Below are positions 49,665 through 61,732 of a stretch of 64,000 nt of DNA, piece by piece (within the stretch, counting starts at the first letter, position 1; every line of letters starts with the position of its first letter). The stretch covers positions 193,998,001-194,062,000 of the forward strand of contig NC_091984.1 of assembly GCF_044704955.1 (NCBI RefSeq). Reading direction: 5' to 3'. A program made the position numbers and the translations under genes. The notes under the pieces were generated by a model that did not search any database, was not told the origin of the DNA, and was given only the letters and a program-made list of their open reading frames with translations. The stretch is from Pristiophorus japonicus. Its lineage: Eukaryota.

Positions 49665-51636
49665 CAACCTCCCTTGCCTCCTGCTCATACTCAAAGTGGC
49701 ACCAAGATGGCATGCAGCAAGGCTGCCAGAACACTGCTGTGTTGGGGGAAGAGACAATGGAGACGTCGTCTGGGGATGCACTGGACCAGCTCGTGGCATG
49801 GAGGGCCCGGCTTCTGACTGGCTAGCCTCTTCATCGGCATCGCCAGTCACTGGTTGTTTGGGAGTGACAGTGGGGAACGCAGAGAGTATGGCGGCAGGCA
49901 TAGACTGCATCACCTGCCGAAGCTGAAGCAGAGCTCGTGCCCGTGATGCGCCATGTTCTGCAAGTGTTCGCACTACACTCTCAGGGACTCCATTGTCACT
50001 GTTGGAGGCCACCGGCCTCATGTGGGCATTGATGGCTCGCACTGACAATCTATGGCACTACCTCCGTAATGGTCGCTTTCAGACTGTCGTTGCTCGCGGG
50101 AATCCTACCCAAGACATCAAGAAGCTGACGGCTGACATGGATGCTCTCCCTGAACATTCCCACCATGTCCAGGTCCACGTCTGCCTGTCTGTCAGCAGAC
50201 CAACTTTGCCGACTCATCCTCCGGAGAGATGGCATGTGGGATTCAACTCCAACACTGCATTGCTGCATGCCACTGTCCCAAGAGCCTCTATTTCATCATG
50301 TCGTTCTCAGCGGAGCTGAGTGCCAGTGGTGGAACAGGAGTGGATTGATGCTGTGCCAGAGTCGACTCATCGGTATCCTCCTCTTCCTCCTCCTCCAGAT
50401 AATGGCCTGATTTTCAGTGGTCCTTTGAGGGTTGCTGTGCCTGTGGCGAGTCATCTGGAAATAGAAAGCAACAGATGAGTGGTTAGCAGCAGGGGAGGGG
50501 GCAGGGTGACATGAGGAATGTCGCATAGCACAGGTTCACTTGAAGGACAACCGCTACTCCATTATATCTAGTCCAGAAACACTGCACGACATTGCCCCAA
50601 CCCAGCCCAGGGAGTGTGCAGGACATTGCCCCAACCCTAGTCCAGAGACACTGCAGGTCATCGGCCCAACCTAGTCCAGAGACACTGCAGGACATTGCCC
50701 CAACTCTCGTCCAGAAAAACTGCAGGACATTGCCCCAACACTAGTCCAGAGACACTGCATGACGTGGCCCCAGCTTATCCCAGGGAGTATGCAGTACATT
50801 GCCCCAACCTAGTCCAGAGACACTGCAGGACATTGCCCCAACCTATCCCAGGGAGTGTGCAGGACACTGTCCCAGCCTATCCCAGGGAGTGTAAATGACT
50901 TACCCTTAGTATCCAAACATGAGTCAGCCCTCCCAGTGGCAGCTGCCTGACCAGTGAGGCTTGCCACTCTGTTCTCAATGTCAGTGAGTGGCAGGGTCTG
51001 AGGTGGACCGCTGCCTGCCGCACCTGCTCACGGCGATTCTGAGACTTTTTGGCCTGCAAAGATGGAAATGGGAATGGTTACAAGTGGGTCTATCTGCTCT
51101 TGTGGCACAGATAGCCACCAAAGCACTTATACCATAATGTCTGAATGTCTGTTTAATGGCCTTGGAAGTTGCACGTGGTTCATCAGGAGGACATTGAAAT
51201 GGGGAGCAATCTTATGAGATCTCAGAAAGCAATCTTAATAATGTGTAAAGATTATTCATGGCAAATAGGGTGCCGAACTAAGCCTACCATGCATTTTAGG
51301 AGGCAACCCTCAGAGTGTTGAGAGATACAACAGCTTGAGAACAAAGAGTGTGTCAGATTTATAATTGAAGTAATGAAACAGTGCATGAATTAAAATTGTA
51401 ATCTCTGACGACCCTTGTCAGATCATTAAACTTCTTTCGGCACTGTGTGCCAGATCTGACCACAGTGACCGAGGCAGACACCTCCTCAGCGATTTCTCTC
51501 CAAATCCTTTTAAATATGGTCTAGATCCACCCGTACGTTGCAACTCCTGCCATCTTCTCTCCACAGCCCCCGCTAGAGCTTAATTAGCCTCGTGGCTGAA
51601 TCGCCTGGCACGTTGTCTGGAATTGCCGTCCTCCAT
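49665..51636 (-). pseudogene. Harbinger Myb/SANT-like DNA-binding protein gene, about 3 exons, disrupted
   Basis: The ATG at 51636 gives MEDGNSRQRARRFSHEAN*AL..., then after a frameshift IWREIAEEVSASVTVVRSGTQCRKKFNDLTRVVR. Exon 2 is about 51056-50904 (tttgcag|GCCAAA...gtaagt). The exon 3 acceptor is tatttccag at about 50456. Confidence 0.8.
50555..50895. repeat. Minisatellite, unit about 33 bp, two unit variants, inside the Myb-gene intron
   Basis: ctagtccagagacactgcaggacattgccccaac is interspersed with ctatcccagggagtgtgcaggacattgccccaac. Confidence 0.9.
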
Positions 51637-51654
51637 GATCAAAATCCAAATATA

Positions 51655-51780
51655 AAATGGCTGATTCAGCCCCGGTTGTACTGCGCATGCGTGTGGCCAC
51701 GCCCTGCATTAGCGTTTGCGATTGGAGACCAGACCAGAAGTGCAGGAAGAAAAATAAAATAATAATTTGCGCATGCGCAG
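51655..51780 (-). promoter_or_regulatory. Putative Harbinger Myb-gene promoter (YY1-like and NRF1-like motifs)
   Basis: AAAATGGC at about 51654 and TGCGCATGCG at about 51682 and 51768, upstream of the minus-strand ATG. Motif match only. Confidence 0.4.
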
Positions 51781-53228
51781 AACGGCTGATGTTTTTTAGC
51801 GCTGGAACTTTTGGTTCTGGCGCACAAAGTCTGTGGTGTAATGCCGCAGTTAACGCTAATGCTCCTCCTGAACTTACATTCGGTGAAAGTTCCTCGCTCA
51901 GGCGCTAACTTTAACCTGGCGCTAAATTTTTGGCTCCACCGTGAATTGCACCGCGAAACGGGCGAAAATACAAAAAGCCAAAAATCCAGCCCTTTAAATG
52001 CTAGCCATTGCTTGTCTACCATCATATCTTTTAGTATAGTTTACCAATCTACCTCAGCCAGCTCTCCCCTCATACCTACGTAGTTTCCTTTGGTTTAGAT
52101 TTAAGATCCTAGTTTCAGATTTAACTAAATCACTTTAGTTATGGTTCAAGTTTCTGCCTAAACTCATTTGCATACTCACAAACATAAAATCTTCCACACA
52201 CCAGACAAGTGGTCAGCAGAATCGAATGGAAACGTTTATTTTGTTTTTCTGGTGCAGTTTTATTAATACAGAGGAAAATGGGCTTATCACAAAAAAATTA
52301 GCATTTTTGTAAGAGAGTCTACTCCCCCACCTGTGACTAACCAGAATTTAAATCACTGAAAATGACTGTAAAAAAAACTATACTGAGCCGTTTACCAGTT
52401 TCATTGATGTACAATAGTCAGTTTCTTATCACATTTACGCCCACTAGTGCCCGTGCACCTAAAACAAAACCAGCTCGATTTGCAGAGCCTCCTCGAATGG
52501 CCACAAACGGGTGCAATCGGCAGAAGCTTGCCATGCTCATTATTTCGATCTGGGAGCGTGAGCAGTTTTGTGGATGGGATCAGCTTCCAGCACAATGCTT
52601 TTTAAACCAGCATTAAAGGTCGTGTAAACTTGATTTACACTTAACGGAACTTGTGCTGAACAATTTTTGCTCTTTTGCATCGGTTTGGCCGATTTCAGCC
52701 AGATTGTGCTGATAAAACCAGCACAAAGTAACGCAAACTCTAGGCCACAGTATTTCTCATTTAGAAAATGAATTCACTGAACTCCCTCACATGTAAATAA
52801 TATTAGGTGTTGGTCAGTGAATTAAATGCAGGGCTTCAGCTGATGGGTAAATTGCCCACCTTGCTCCTCACACATTCTATTATTGAAATCATCTGATCTT
52901 TTCGATTAGGTTGCCTTGCAGCTAGTGATCAATCATCTGCTATTCTGTGTTTAGCTTCTGAGGTGCAATCAGTTGCTAGGCTAACTAATCAGAGTTAGGT
53001 CTTTCTCTCTCAGTATTGCTGTGTCTTCCAATTCAATAAACTATTTGAGGTAAAACTGAGACAGCAAAGCTCCCTATCAGTCTGAATCTGATATGGAATA
53101 GTATTGAAGAAATGAGTTTAAGTTTCAGTGATTTGCTGCCCTCTTATACCTGTAAGGGTCATTTGCTACCATTAATTGAAGGTACTAAGGTTACTCACAA
53201 ATTTAGGATTCTCCTTTGGCTTCCCTTC

Positions 53229-56200
53229 TGTCATGTATCTCACATTACTGTATATAACTGTATCTTACCATGCTATACATGACTGTAACTGGATATGACC
53301 TGTAACAATAAGCATAACTTACCACCAGGGGTGCACTTGCAGGAGACACTCCATACCTGTCCCACTGTGGTATATAAAGGGAGGTCTCAGGCAAGAGCAG
53401 CACGGGAGAGCTGGAATTAAAGGTGCAGGTCCTGAGTGACCTTGACTTCAGCATGTGTCTCGTGTAAGTCAGTACATTAGAGTCAGGACTTAACAGTGGT
53501 GACGAGTTATGGGATCACAGAATCTACAGAATGGCTACCAACAGCTCAGATGAGAATTACAATGCTTGAGACAATTGGGATGACTTTATAGGAAGGCTCT
53601 AGCAAAGCTTTGTAACCAAAGACTGGTTGGGCGACGATAAGGCAGACAAGAGAAGAGCCCATCTCTTGACCAGCTGTGGCTCGAAAACATATGCTTCAAT
53701 GAAAGACCTGCTGGCACCCGAGAAACCAGCAAGCAAGTCGTTTGAGGAGTTGAGCACACTGGTGAGAGACCACCTGAAGCCAGCGAGCAGCCTATACATG
53801 GCCAGACACAGGTTCTACAACTACACTTGCTGTGTGTGCCAGAGCATACCCAACTTCGTGGCGGAACTTCGGAGGCTGGCTAGTTCATGTGAGTTCCCCG
53901 ATGAACTCAGGAGAGAAGTACTGAGAGACTTTTTTATTGAAGGAGTAGGCCACGCAGGCATATTCCGAAAGCTTATTGAGACTAAGAACTTGACTCTAGA
54001 GGCAGCAGCACTGGTCGTACAGACGTTCTTGGCAGGCGAAGAAGAAACGAGGCTGATCTATGCTTCGGGTACGACGACCAACGACGATCAGAACAAGGGG
54101 TTCACATTGTGAAACAAACCGCTACCCCCCACACACAGACAAAGGCAGGAGAGCAGGCCTTCAACAGCAGACAGTGGCACCAGAAGCCATCAAAATCAAG
54201 GGCCACATGAACGGCCGATCACACCTCATCAACCCACAATGCGAGCAATCAACAACAGATTGAGAGAAGCTCAAGGGAGATCAGCCAGACGCAGCTCATC
54301 CTTCGGAAACAATGGAAACGGTCTGTGTTGAAGATGTGGGGGAAGGCACTCAACCAGGGTGTGTTGATTTCAGCATGCCGTTTGCAGAAACTGCAACTAC
54401 ACGGGGCATCTGGCTCGCATGTGCAGAAAAACAGCAGCTCGGCTGGTATACGAATCGGAAGGGTCGGAAAGCAGACCAGAAGACGGTTGGAACAGTGCAC
54501 GGGACGCCAAGTTACAGCGGGTTAACACGATCAATGTCCACTGTTCTTACACCAAGATGCCTTCAATTATGATGAGGGTTCTACTCAACGGGATACCCGT
54601 CAACATGGAACTGGACACGGGGGCCAGTCAATCCCTCATGAGCGTTCAACAATTTGAACAGCTGTGGCCGCACAAAAGCAACAGATCAAAACTCACAAAG
54701 ATCGACACGAAACTAAGGACCTATACTAAAGAAATCGTCCCAGTCCTTGGCAGCGCCATGCTCTCAGTCACACACAAAGGGATAGTGCACCGACTTTCCC
54801 TGTGGATTGTCCCCAGGGATCTCCCAGCCCTGTTGGGGAGAAGCTGGCTAGCAGAACTTAATTGGAAATGGGATGATGTTCACGCAATGTCATCAGAGGA
54901 ACGGACCTCCTGCTCAACAGTTCTAAGCCGTTTTGAACATCTCTTTCAGCCAGGTGTGGGCACCTTCAAAGGGGCTAAAGTTAGAATCTACATCACACAG
55001 AATGCCAGACCGGTCCATCACAAGGCTAGAGCTGTGCCTTATGTGATGAGGGAAAAGATTGAAAACGGCTTCTGCGGGAAGGCATAATTTCTCCCATGGA
55101 ATTCAGCGACTGGGCAAGCCCCATCGTCCCCGTCATGAAGCCTGATGGAACCGTGCGAATCTGTGGGGATTACGAGTCTACCATAAACAGAGTCTCCCAA
55201 CAGGACCAATACCCGCTGCCCAGAGCGGAGGACCTATTTGCCACGTTGGCTAGAGGGAAACTTTTCTCGAAACTTGACCTCACATCTGCATATATGACGC
55301 AAGAACTGACCGAAGAGTCTAAGCTACTCACCACCATCAACACACATCGAGGCCTTTTTGTGTACAATCGATGCCCATTCGGCATCAGGTTGGCAGCTGC
55401 TATATTCCAGCGCAACATGGAGAGTCTGCTCAAGTCCATCCTGGGGACGGTTGTGTTTCAAGATGACATACTCATCACGGGCAGGGACACCGACTCTCAT
55501 CTCCGCAATCTTGAGGAGGTACTAAGTCGATTGGATTGGATAGGCCTAAGAGTTAAGAAATCCAAGTGTCTGCTTCTCGCGCCTGAGGTTGAATTTTTGG
55601 GCAGAAGGATTGCCGCTGATGGAATCCGCCCAACCGAATCCAAAACCGAAGCGATTCGCCTGGCACCCAGGCCCTGGAATGTCTCGGAACTGCGTGCCTT
55701 TCTCGGGCTACTCAATTAATTTGGGAACTTTATGCAGAACTTGAGCATGCTGCTGGAGCCTCTCCACGAGCTACTCAGAAAGGGTGTGATTGGTTTTGGG
55801 GGACGCCCAAGAGCGCGCCTTCAATAAGGCACGCAACCTTCTATGTTCCAAGAGTGTTTTAGCCTTTTTTGACCCAGGTAAAAAGTTAGTCCTTATGCAT
55901 GATGCACATCAGCGTACGGGGTCGAGTCCATTTCACAGCACGTCAATGATGCGGGTAAATTGCAGCCCGTTGCTTATGCCTCCAGGTCACTTTCGCGGGC
56001 AGAGCGCGGGTACGGTATGGTTGAAAAAGATGCACCAATACCTTTTCGGGGCCAAGTTTGCATTAGAAACTGACCACAAACCCCTCACGTCCCTACTATC
56101 CGAGTGCAAAGCAATCAATGCCAACGCCTCAGCGCGCATTCAGCAGTGGGCACTCATGCTGGCGGCCTACGACTACACAATAAGGCACAGACCAGGCACA

Positions 56201-57942
56201 GACAACTGTGCCGACGCGCTTAGCAGGCTACCCCTGGTGACCACAGAAGGGTCCAACGAACAGGACTGTGAGATGGTCATGGCAATCAATGCCTTTGAAT
56301 CCACAGGTTCGCCCATGACGGCTCGCCAAATCAGAGCCTGGACAACCAACGACCCCACGTTATCTCTAGTTAAAAGATGCGTTTTAACCGGTGACTGGGC
56401 AGAGGCTCGCGATGCCTGCCCCGAGGAGGTCAAACCCTTCCATAGGCGCATGCATGAACTCTCACTACAGCCGAGTAGTTATGCCCTTACGAGGCAGGGA
56501 GGCGTTTGTCCGGGAGCTCAATCGCGAACACCCGGGGATCGTCCTTATGAAGGCCACAGCCAGATCTCATGTCTGGTGGCCTGGCATTGACGCGGACTTG
56601 GAGCTCTGCGTCCGGCGGTGCACCATTTGTGCCCAACTCAGTATTGCCCCCAGGGAGGCCCCCTTAAGCCCCTGGCCCACCAAACCGTGGTCGCGGGTGC
56701 ATGTAGACTATGTGGGCCCATTCATGGGCAAAATGTTCCTTGTAGTCGTTGATGCATTTTCAAAATGGATTGAGTGCACCATTTTAAACTCGAGCACCAA
56801 CTCCACCACTGTAGAGAGCCTTCGACCCATGTTTGCAACGCACGGCATCCCTGACATATTGGCCAGTGATAATGGTCTGTGCTTCACCAGCGCAGAATTT
56901 CACGATTTTATCGTTGACCACGGTATAAATCACGTTAAGATGGCACCTTTCAAGCCTGCCTCCAATGGCCAGGCAGAGTGAGCAGTGCAGATCGTTAAAC
57001 AAGGCATGCTCAGAATCCAAGGTCCCACGCTGCAGAGCCGCCTGTTGCGACTGCTGCTGGCATACAGATCTCGTCCGCATTCGTTGACTGAGGTTCCCCC
57101 CGTGCAACTACTGATGAAACGAACCTTAAAGACCAGGCTCTCGTTAATCCTCCTAGACGTGCATGAAATTGTTGAGGCTAAGCATCAAAAGCTAACTGAG
57201 TACCATAACTGAAATTCGAGGGGGAGGTGGAATGAGATAGGGGACAAAGTGTTTGTGCTAAACTATGGCCGGGCTCCCAAATGACTTGCAGGGACAGTAA
57301 CAGACAAAGAGGGAAACAGGCTACTGGTTGTACAAATGGACAATGGCCAAACCTGCCGGAGGCATGTAGACCAAATAAAAAGTAGATTCACTGATAACAC
57401 TGAAGAACCAGAGGCAGACTACAATGTGGAACTCACACCACACCTGGTGGACAGACAGATGGAACAACCTGAGGAAAGGGCAGTCTCAATAGACAGCCCA
57501 GGCGAGGTACCAGCAATCACACCGAACGAAACAGACAGCCCAGGCGAGATACCAACAATCACACTGAATGAAAAACAGGCAAACAACTGAACCACAACTA
57601 AGACGCTCCACGCGAGAGCGCAGACCACCTGAGAGACTGAATCTATGAAGGCAATAAGACCTTGGGGGATGGTGATGTCATATATCTCACATTACTGTAT
57701 ATAACTGTATCTTACCATGCTATACATGACTGTAACTGGATATGACCTGTAACAATAAGCATAACTTACCACCAGGGGTGCACTTGCAGGAGACACTCCA
57801 TACCTGTCCCACTGTGGTATATAAAGGGAGGTCTCAGGCAAGAGCAGCACTGGAGAGCTGGAATTAAAGGTGCAGGTCCTGAGTGACCTTGACTTCAGCA
57901 TGTGTCTCGTGTAAGTCAGTACATTAGAGTCAGGACTTAATA
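53229..57942 (+). mobile_element. Full-length Gypsy/Ty3 LTR retrotransposon (element 2)
   Basis: 267-bp LTRs at 53229-53495 and 57676-57942 (3 differences seen). PBS TGGTGACGAG at 53497, PPT-like GGGGGATGGTGA, and TSD CCTTC/CCTTT. Confidence 0.95.
53531..57647 (+). pseudogene. Gypsy gag-pol, fragmented by many stops and frameshifts
   Basis: gag (LRDFFIEG), PR (DTGAS), RT (WASPIVPV, FQDD), RH (TDHKP, ADALSRL) and IN (HPG, HVDY, SDNG, PASNGQAE). Confidence 0.93.
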
Positions 57943-57979
57943 CCTTTTTCTGTTTGCCCCATTTAAAGGAATAAAGAAA

Positions 57980-58282
57980 AAGAAATAACTTGCATTTATA
58001 TTACACCTTTCATGATCTCAATTTGTCTCAAAATGCTTTACAGCCATTTTTGAAGTGTAGACAATGTTGTAATGCAGGTAACACAACAGCCAATTTGCAC
58101 ACAGCATGGTCCCACAAACAGCAATGTGATAAATGACCTGATCATCTTTTTTTAGTGATGATGGTTGAGGGCTAAATATTGGCTAGGACACCGGGGAGAA
58201 CTCCCCTGCTCTTCTTTGAAAAATTGCTTTGGGATCCTTTACGTCGAACTGAGAGGGCAGACAGGGTTTCGGTTTAATGTCT
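57980..58282 (-). mobile_element. Deu-domain SINE, head missing
   Basis: Matches 7963-8270. Confidence 0.8.
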
Positions 58283-58519
58283 AATGATTGCGATTCATAC
58301 ACAGTTTTATTTGTACACTTTCTCAGACTAAAAGTGAATGGTGTGTACCTCCTTCCTAGATTGCCAATTGTACGTAATGGAATGTCATACCAAAAGCAAT
58401 AAATTATTTCTTAAAGATTAAAATGAATAGTACTGTCTAAAATAAGGGTTAGGATTGGCTGGAAATGTAATGATAATATATAGTAGTCTTGAAGGGAAGG
58501 AGAAGGAAGGCTACTTATC

Positions 58520-59246
58520 CATAAGAACATAAGAACATAAGAACATAAGAATTAGAAACAGGAGTAGGCCATCTAGCCCCTCGAGCCTGCTCCGCCATTC
58601 AACAAGATCATGGCTGATCTGGCCGTGGACTCAGCTCCACTTACCCGCCTGCTCCCCATAACCCTTAATTCCCTTATTGGTTAAAAATCTATCTATCTGT
58701 GATTTGAATACATTCAATGAGCTAGCCTCAACTGCTTCCTTGGGCAGAGAATTCCACAGATTCACAACCCTCTGGGAGAAGAAATTCCTTCTCAACTCGG
58801 TTTTAAATTGGCTCCCCTGTATTTTGAGGCTGTGCCCCCTAGTTCTAGTCTCCCTGACCAGTGGAAACAACCTCTCTGCCTCTATCTTGTCTATCCCTTT
58901 CATTATTTTAAATGTTTCTATAAGATCACCCCTCATCCTTCTGAACTCCAACGAGTAAAGATCCAGTCTACTCAATCTATCATCATAAGGTAACCCCCTC
59001 ATCTCCGGAATCAGCCTAGTGATTCGTCTCTGTACCCCCTCCAAAGCTAGTATATCCGTCCTTAAGTAAGGTGACCAAAACTGCACGCAGTACTCCAGGT
59101 GCGGCCTCATCAATACCCTATACAGTTGCAGCAGGACCTCCCTGCTTTTGTATTCCATCCCTCTCGCAATGAAGGCCAACATTCCATTCGCCTTCCTGAT
59201 TACCTACTACACCTGCAAACTATCCTTCTGTGATTCATGCACAAGG
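58520..59246 (-). mobile_element. Young CR1 3' portion, interrupted at 59246 by Tx1 elements
   Basis: Open 183-aa C-terminal frame and an (AAGAACAT)n tail. CR1 similarity ends abruptly at ...ttcatgcacaagg. Confidence 0.95.
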
Positions 59247-61500
59247 GCACATGATCCACCCCGACCAGTCATACACGGTCCTGGGCCGGACAATCCACGA
59301 TAACATCCATCTGGTCCGGGACCTCATCCATTGTTCCCAGGAGGCTGGTGTGTCGGTCGCCTTCCTATCCCTCGACCAAGAGAAGGCGTTCGACAGGGTG
59401 GATCACGACTATCTGCTCGGAACTCTGCGCGCTTTCGGGTTCGGGACGCATTTCGTCGCCCGGATCCGACTTTTGTACGCCGCCGCGGAGTGTCTGATTA
59501 AGGTTAACGGGTCCTTGACGGCGCCCCTTCGCTTTAGGAGAGGGGTGCGCCAGGGATGCCCCATGTCCGGCCAGTTATATGCTGTTTGCGTGGAGCCTTT
59601 CCTGCGCCTCTTGCGGACGAGGTTGACGGGACTGGCTCTGCAAGGGCCGGGCGTGGAGGTCGTCCTCTCGGCTTACGCCGATGACGTGCTCCTCGCGGTA
59701 GAGGATCCCGCTGACCTGCGGAGGATGCGTGAGTGCCAGGAGATTTACTCGGCCGCGTCCTCCGCCAGGATCAACTGGGAGAAATGTTCCGGACTCCTGG
59801 TGGGTCAGTGGCGGGTGGACTCCCTGCCGGAGGAGCTCAGGCCTTTTGCCTGGAGCACGACCCATCTCCTCTATCTGGGAGTCTACCTTAGCCCCGACGA
59901 GGGAGCCTGGCCGGCGAACTGGCAGGAGCTGGAGGCCAAGGTCGCCGCTCGCCTAGGGCGCTGGACAGGACTGCTCCGAGTGCTGTCCTACAGGGGTCGA
60001 GCGCTAGTCATAAACCAGCTGGTGGCCGCAATGCTGTGGTACCGGCTGGTCACTTTGACCCCTCCCCCTGCGTTTGTCGCCAAGATACAGAAGAAGCTGG
60101 TGGACTTCTTCTGGAACAACAGGAAGCACTGGGTCTCTGCTGCGGTCTTGAGTCTCCCGCTTGAGGAGGGCGGTCAGTCGTTGGTGTGCGTCAGCGCCCA
60201 GCTCGCGACTTTCCGTCTTCAGACCCTGCAGAGATACCTTTACGTCGAGCCCCCTCCTAGGTGGTGTGCTCTGGCGAGGTATTTCTTCCGCCAGCAGCTC
60301 GACCTCAATTATGACACGCAGCTCCTGTTTGTGAACTTGGGGGGTGCCAGGACCGCCCTCCGGGAGCTGCCTGTCTTTTACAGGGAACTCATCAGGGTCT
60401 GGAACAAAGTCTCCACCAAGCGCAGCTCTCCGCCGGCTGGAGTGGCGGCCGTCCTGCAGGAACCGCTGCTCGGGAATCCGTACCTCCACGGCCGAGGCTT
60501 TATGTGGCGGTCGGAAGAGAGGGCTGTGGCTGGTGAGGTGACCAGGGTCAGGGACCTGCTCGATGGCGGAGGAGCGGGCTGGATGGCGCCAGACACGCTG
60601 GCGCGGCGCCTAAATTCTGCCAACGTCCGCCACGTGGCCGATGCCATCGAGTCGCTAAAAACAGCTCTGGGCCCTGACTCCGTTAGGTGCATCGAGGAGG
60701 CTCAGGCACGTGGGGAGATCCCGTCCGAACTGACCCCCGTCCGGACGGAATTCCTCATCGGCGCCAAACCCCGGAACCTTCCTCGGGGGCCGGCGCCTCA
60801 CAACTTGAGCCGCCTCAGGGAAATCCTCTCCGTGCCTTTCAGTTCCGCGCGGAGGGGTTTCCTGTACGGGCTGCTCCTGCACACCCTCAACTTTGCCATC
60901 CTCGCCGGCCGTCCGGACACGCCATGGCGTACCATCTTGCCGTCCGGAGGAGGCGGGGGTCCCCGATGGAGGGCACTCTACGCAGGGGTCCTCCCACTAT
61001 TCATCGGGGACTTGGCCTGGAGGGTGGTGCACGGAGCAGTGCCGTGCAATAAATTTTTAAGCCGGTTCACGGACTCCCAGGCCGCCTGCAATTTCTGCGG
61101 TCTGGAGGAGTCCGTGTTCCATGTTTTTATTGAATGCACAAGGTTGCAGCCCCTGTTCCACTATTTGAAGGGGCTGCTCCTGAAATTCTGGCTGCACTTC
61201 AGTCCCACTCTCCTGATCTTTGGGCACCCTGTGCGGAGGGGAGCGGGTAGGTCCGAAGGCCTCCTCGTAGGACTGCTCCTGGGCACGGCCAAGGGTGCCA
61301 TCAGCCGGTCCAGGCAGCGGGCGGTCGAGGGGGTCGTTCAACCTGACTGCCTGCCTCTCTTCCGCTCTTACATCCGGTCCAGGGTGTCCTTGGAGATGGA
61401 GCACGCGGTGTCCACCGGTACGCTCGCGGCCTTCCGCGAGAGGTGGGCACCGGAGGGACTGGAGTGCATCATCACGCCCGGCAACCAAATTTTAATTTGA
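59247..61500 (+). CDS. Tx1-type ORF2, partial (RT and C-terminal zinc finger; endonuclease lost by 5' truncation)
   Basis: Uninterrupted frame: IHPDQSY, LDQEKAFDRVDH, GVRQGCPMSG, AYADDV, YLGV, LSYRGRALVIN, GGQSL and CNFC-x8-H-x4-C. Confidence 0.9.
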
Positions 61501-61719
61501 TTTTACGTTTTTTAAGTTTAATTTGTTTTAATTGCCGGTGCTTTTAGTGTCCCCCTCTCCTTTTATAGGGGGCACTGGAAAAAAGGAAAAATTTGATTTT
61601 AGTGCCCAAAAAAAAAAACACAAAAAAAAAAAAGGGCCTTGTAAATGTCTTGTGTGTGTCATCCAGGTCGGGTGGCACGGATACATGTTTTATGTTTTCG
61701 CAGGTAAACTCAAAAGAGT
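59247..61719 (+). mobile_element. Tx1-clade non-LTR retrotransposon, 5'-truncated copy A
   Basis: ORF2 from the RT start to its stop, then a 3'UTR with stem-loops and an internal A-rich tract. GC- and CpG-rich. Confidence 0.9.
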
Positions 61720-61732
61720 TTCATGCACAAGG

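Larger units (their letters stand above)
47677..51993 (+). mobile_element. Full-length PIF/Harbinger DNA transposon (degenerate)
   Basis: 13-bp TIR AGGGCTGGATTTT / AAAATCCAGCCCT with TTA TSD (47674-47676, 51994-51996). The transposase and Myb genes are convergent. Confidence 0.95.
45580..52137 (-). mobile_element. CR1 fragment (45580-47676 and 51997-52137) interrupted by a Harbinger
   Basis: ORFs 46795-47478, 46407-46811 and 45670-45912. Removing the insert restores tctttaaatgctagccattg. Confidence 0.92.

Noticed and set aside
50555-50895. CRISPR-like periodic 33-bp repeats
   Set aside because: There are no unique spacers and no cas genes, and the context is a eukaryotic transposon intron. 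It is a minisatellite.
59230-59246. Start codon of the 756-aa ORF
   Set aside because: The first codons come from antisense CR1 sequence. The Tx1 ORF2 is 5'-truncated and has no native start.
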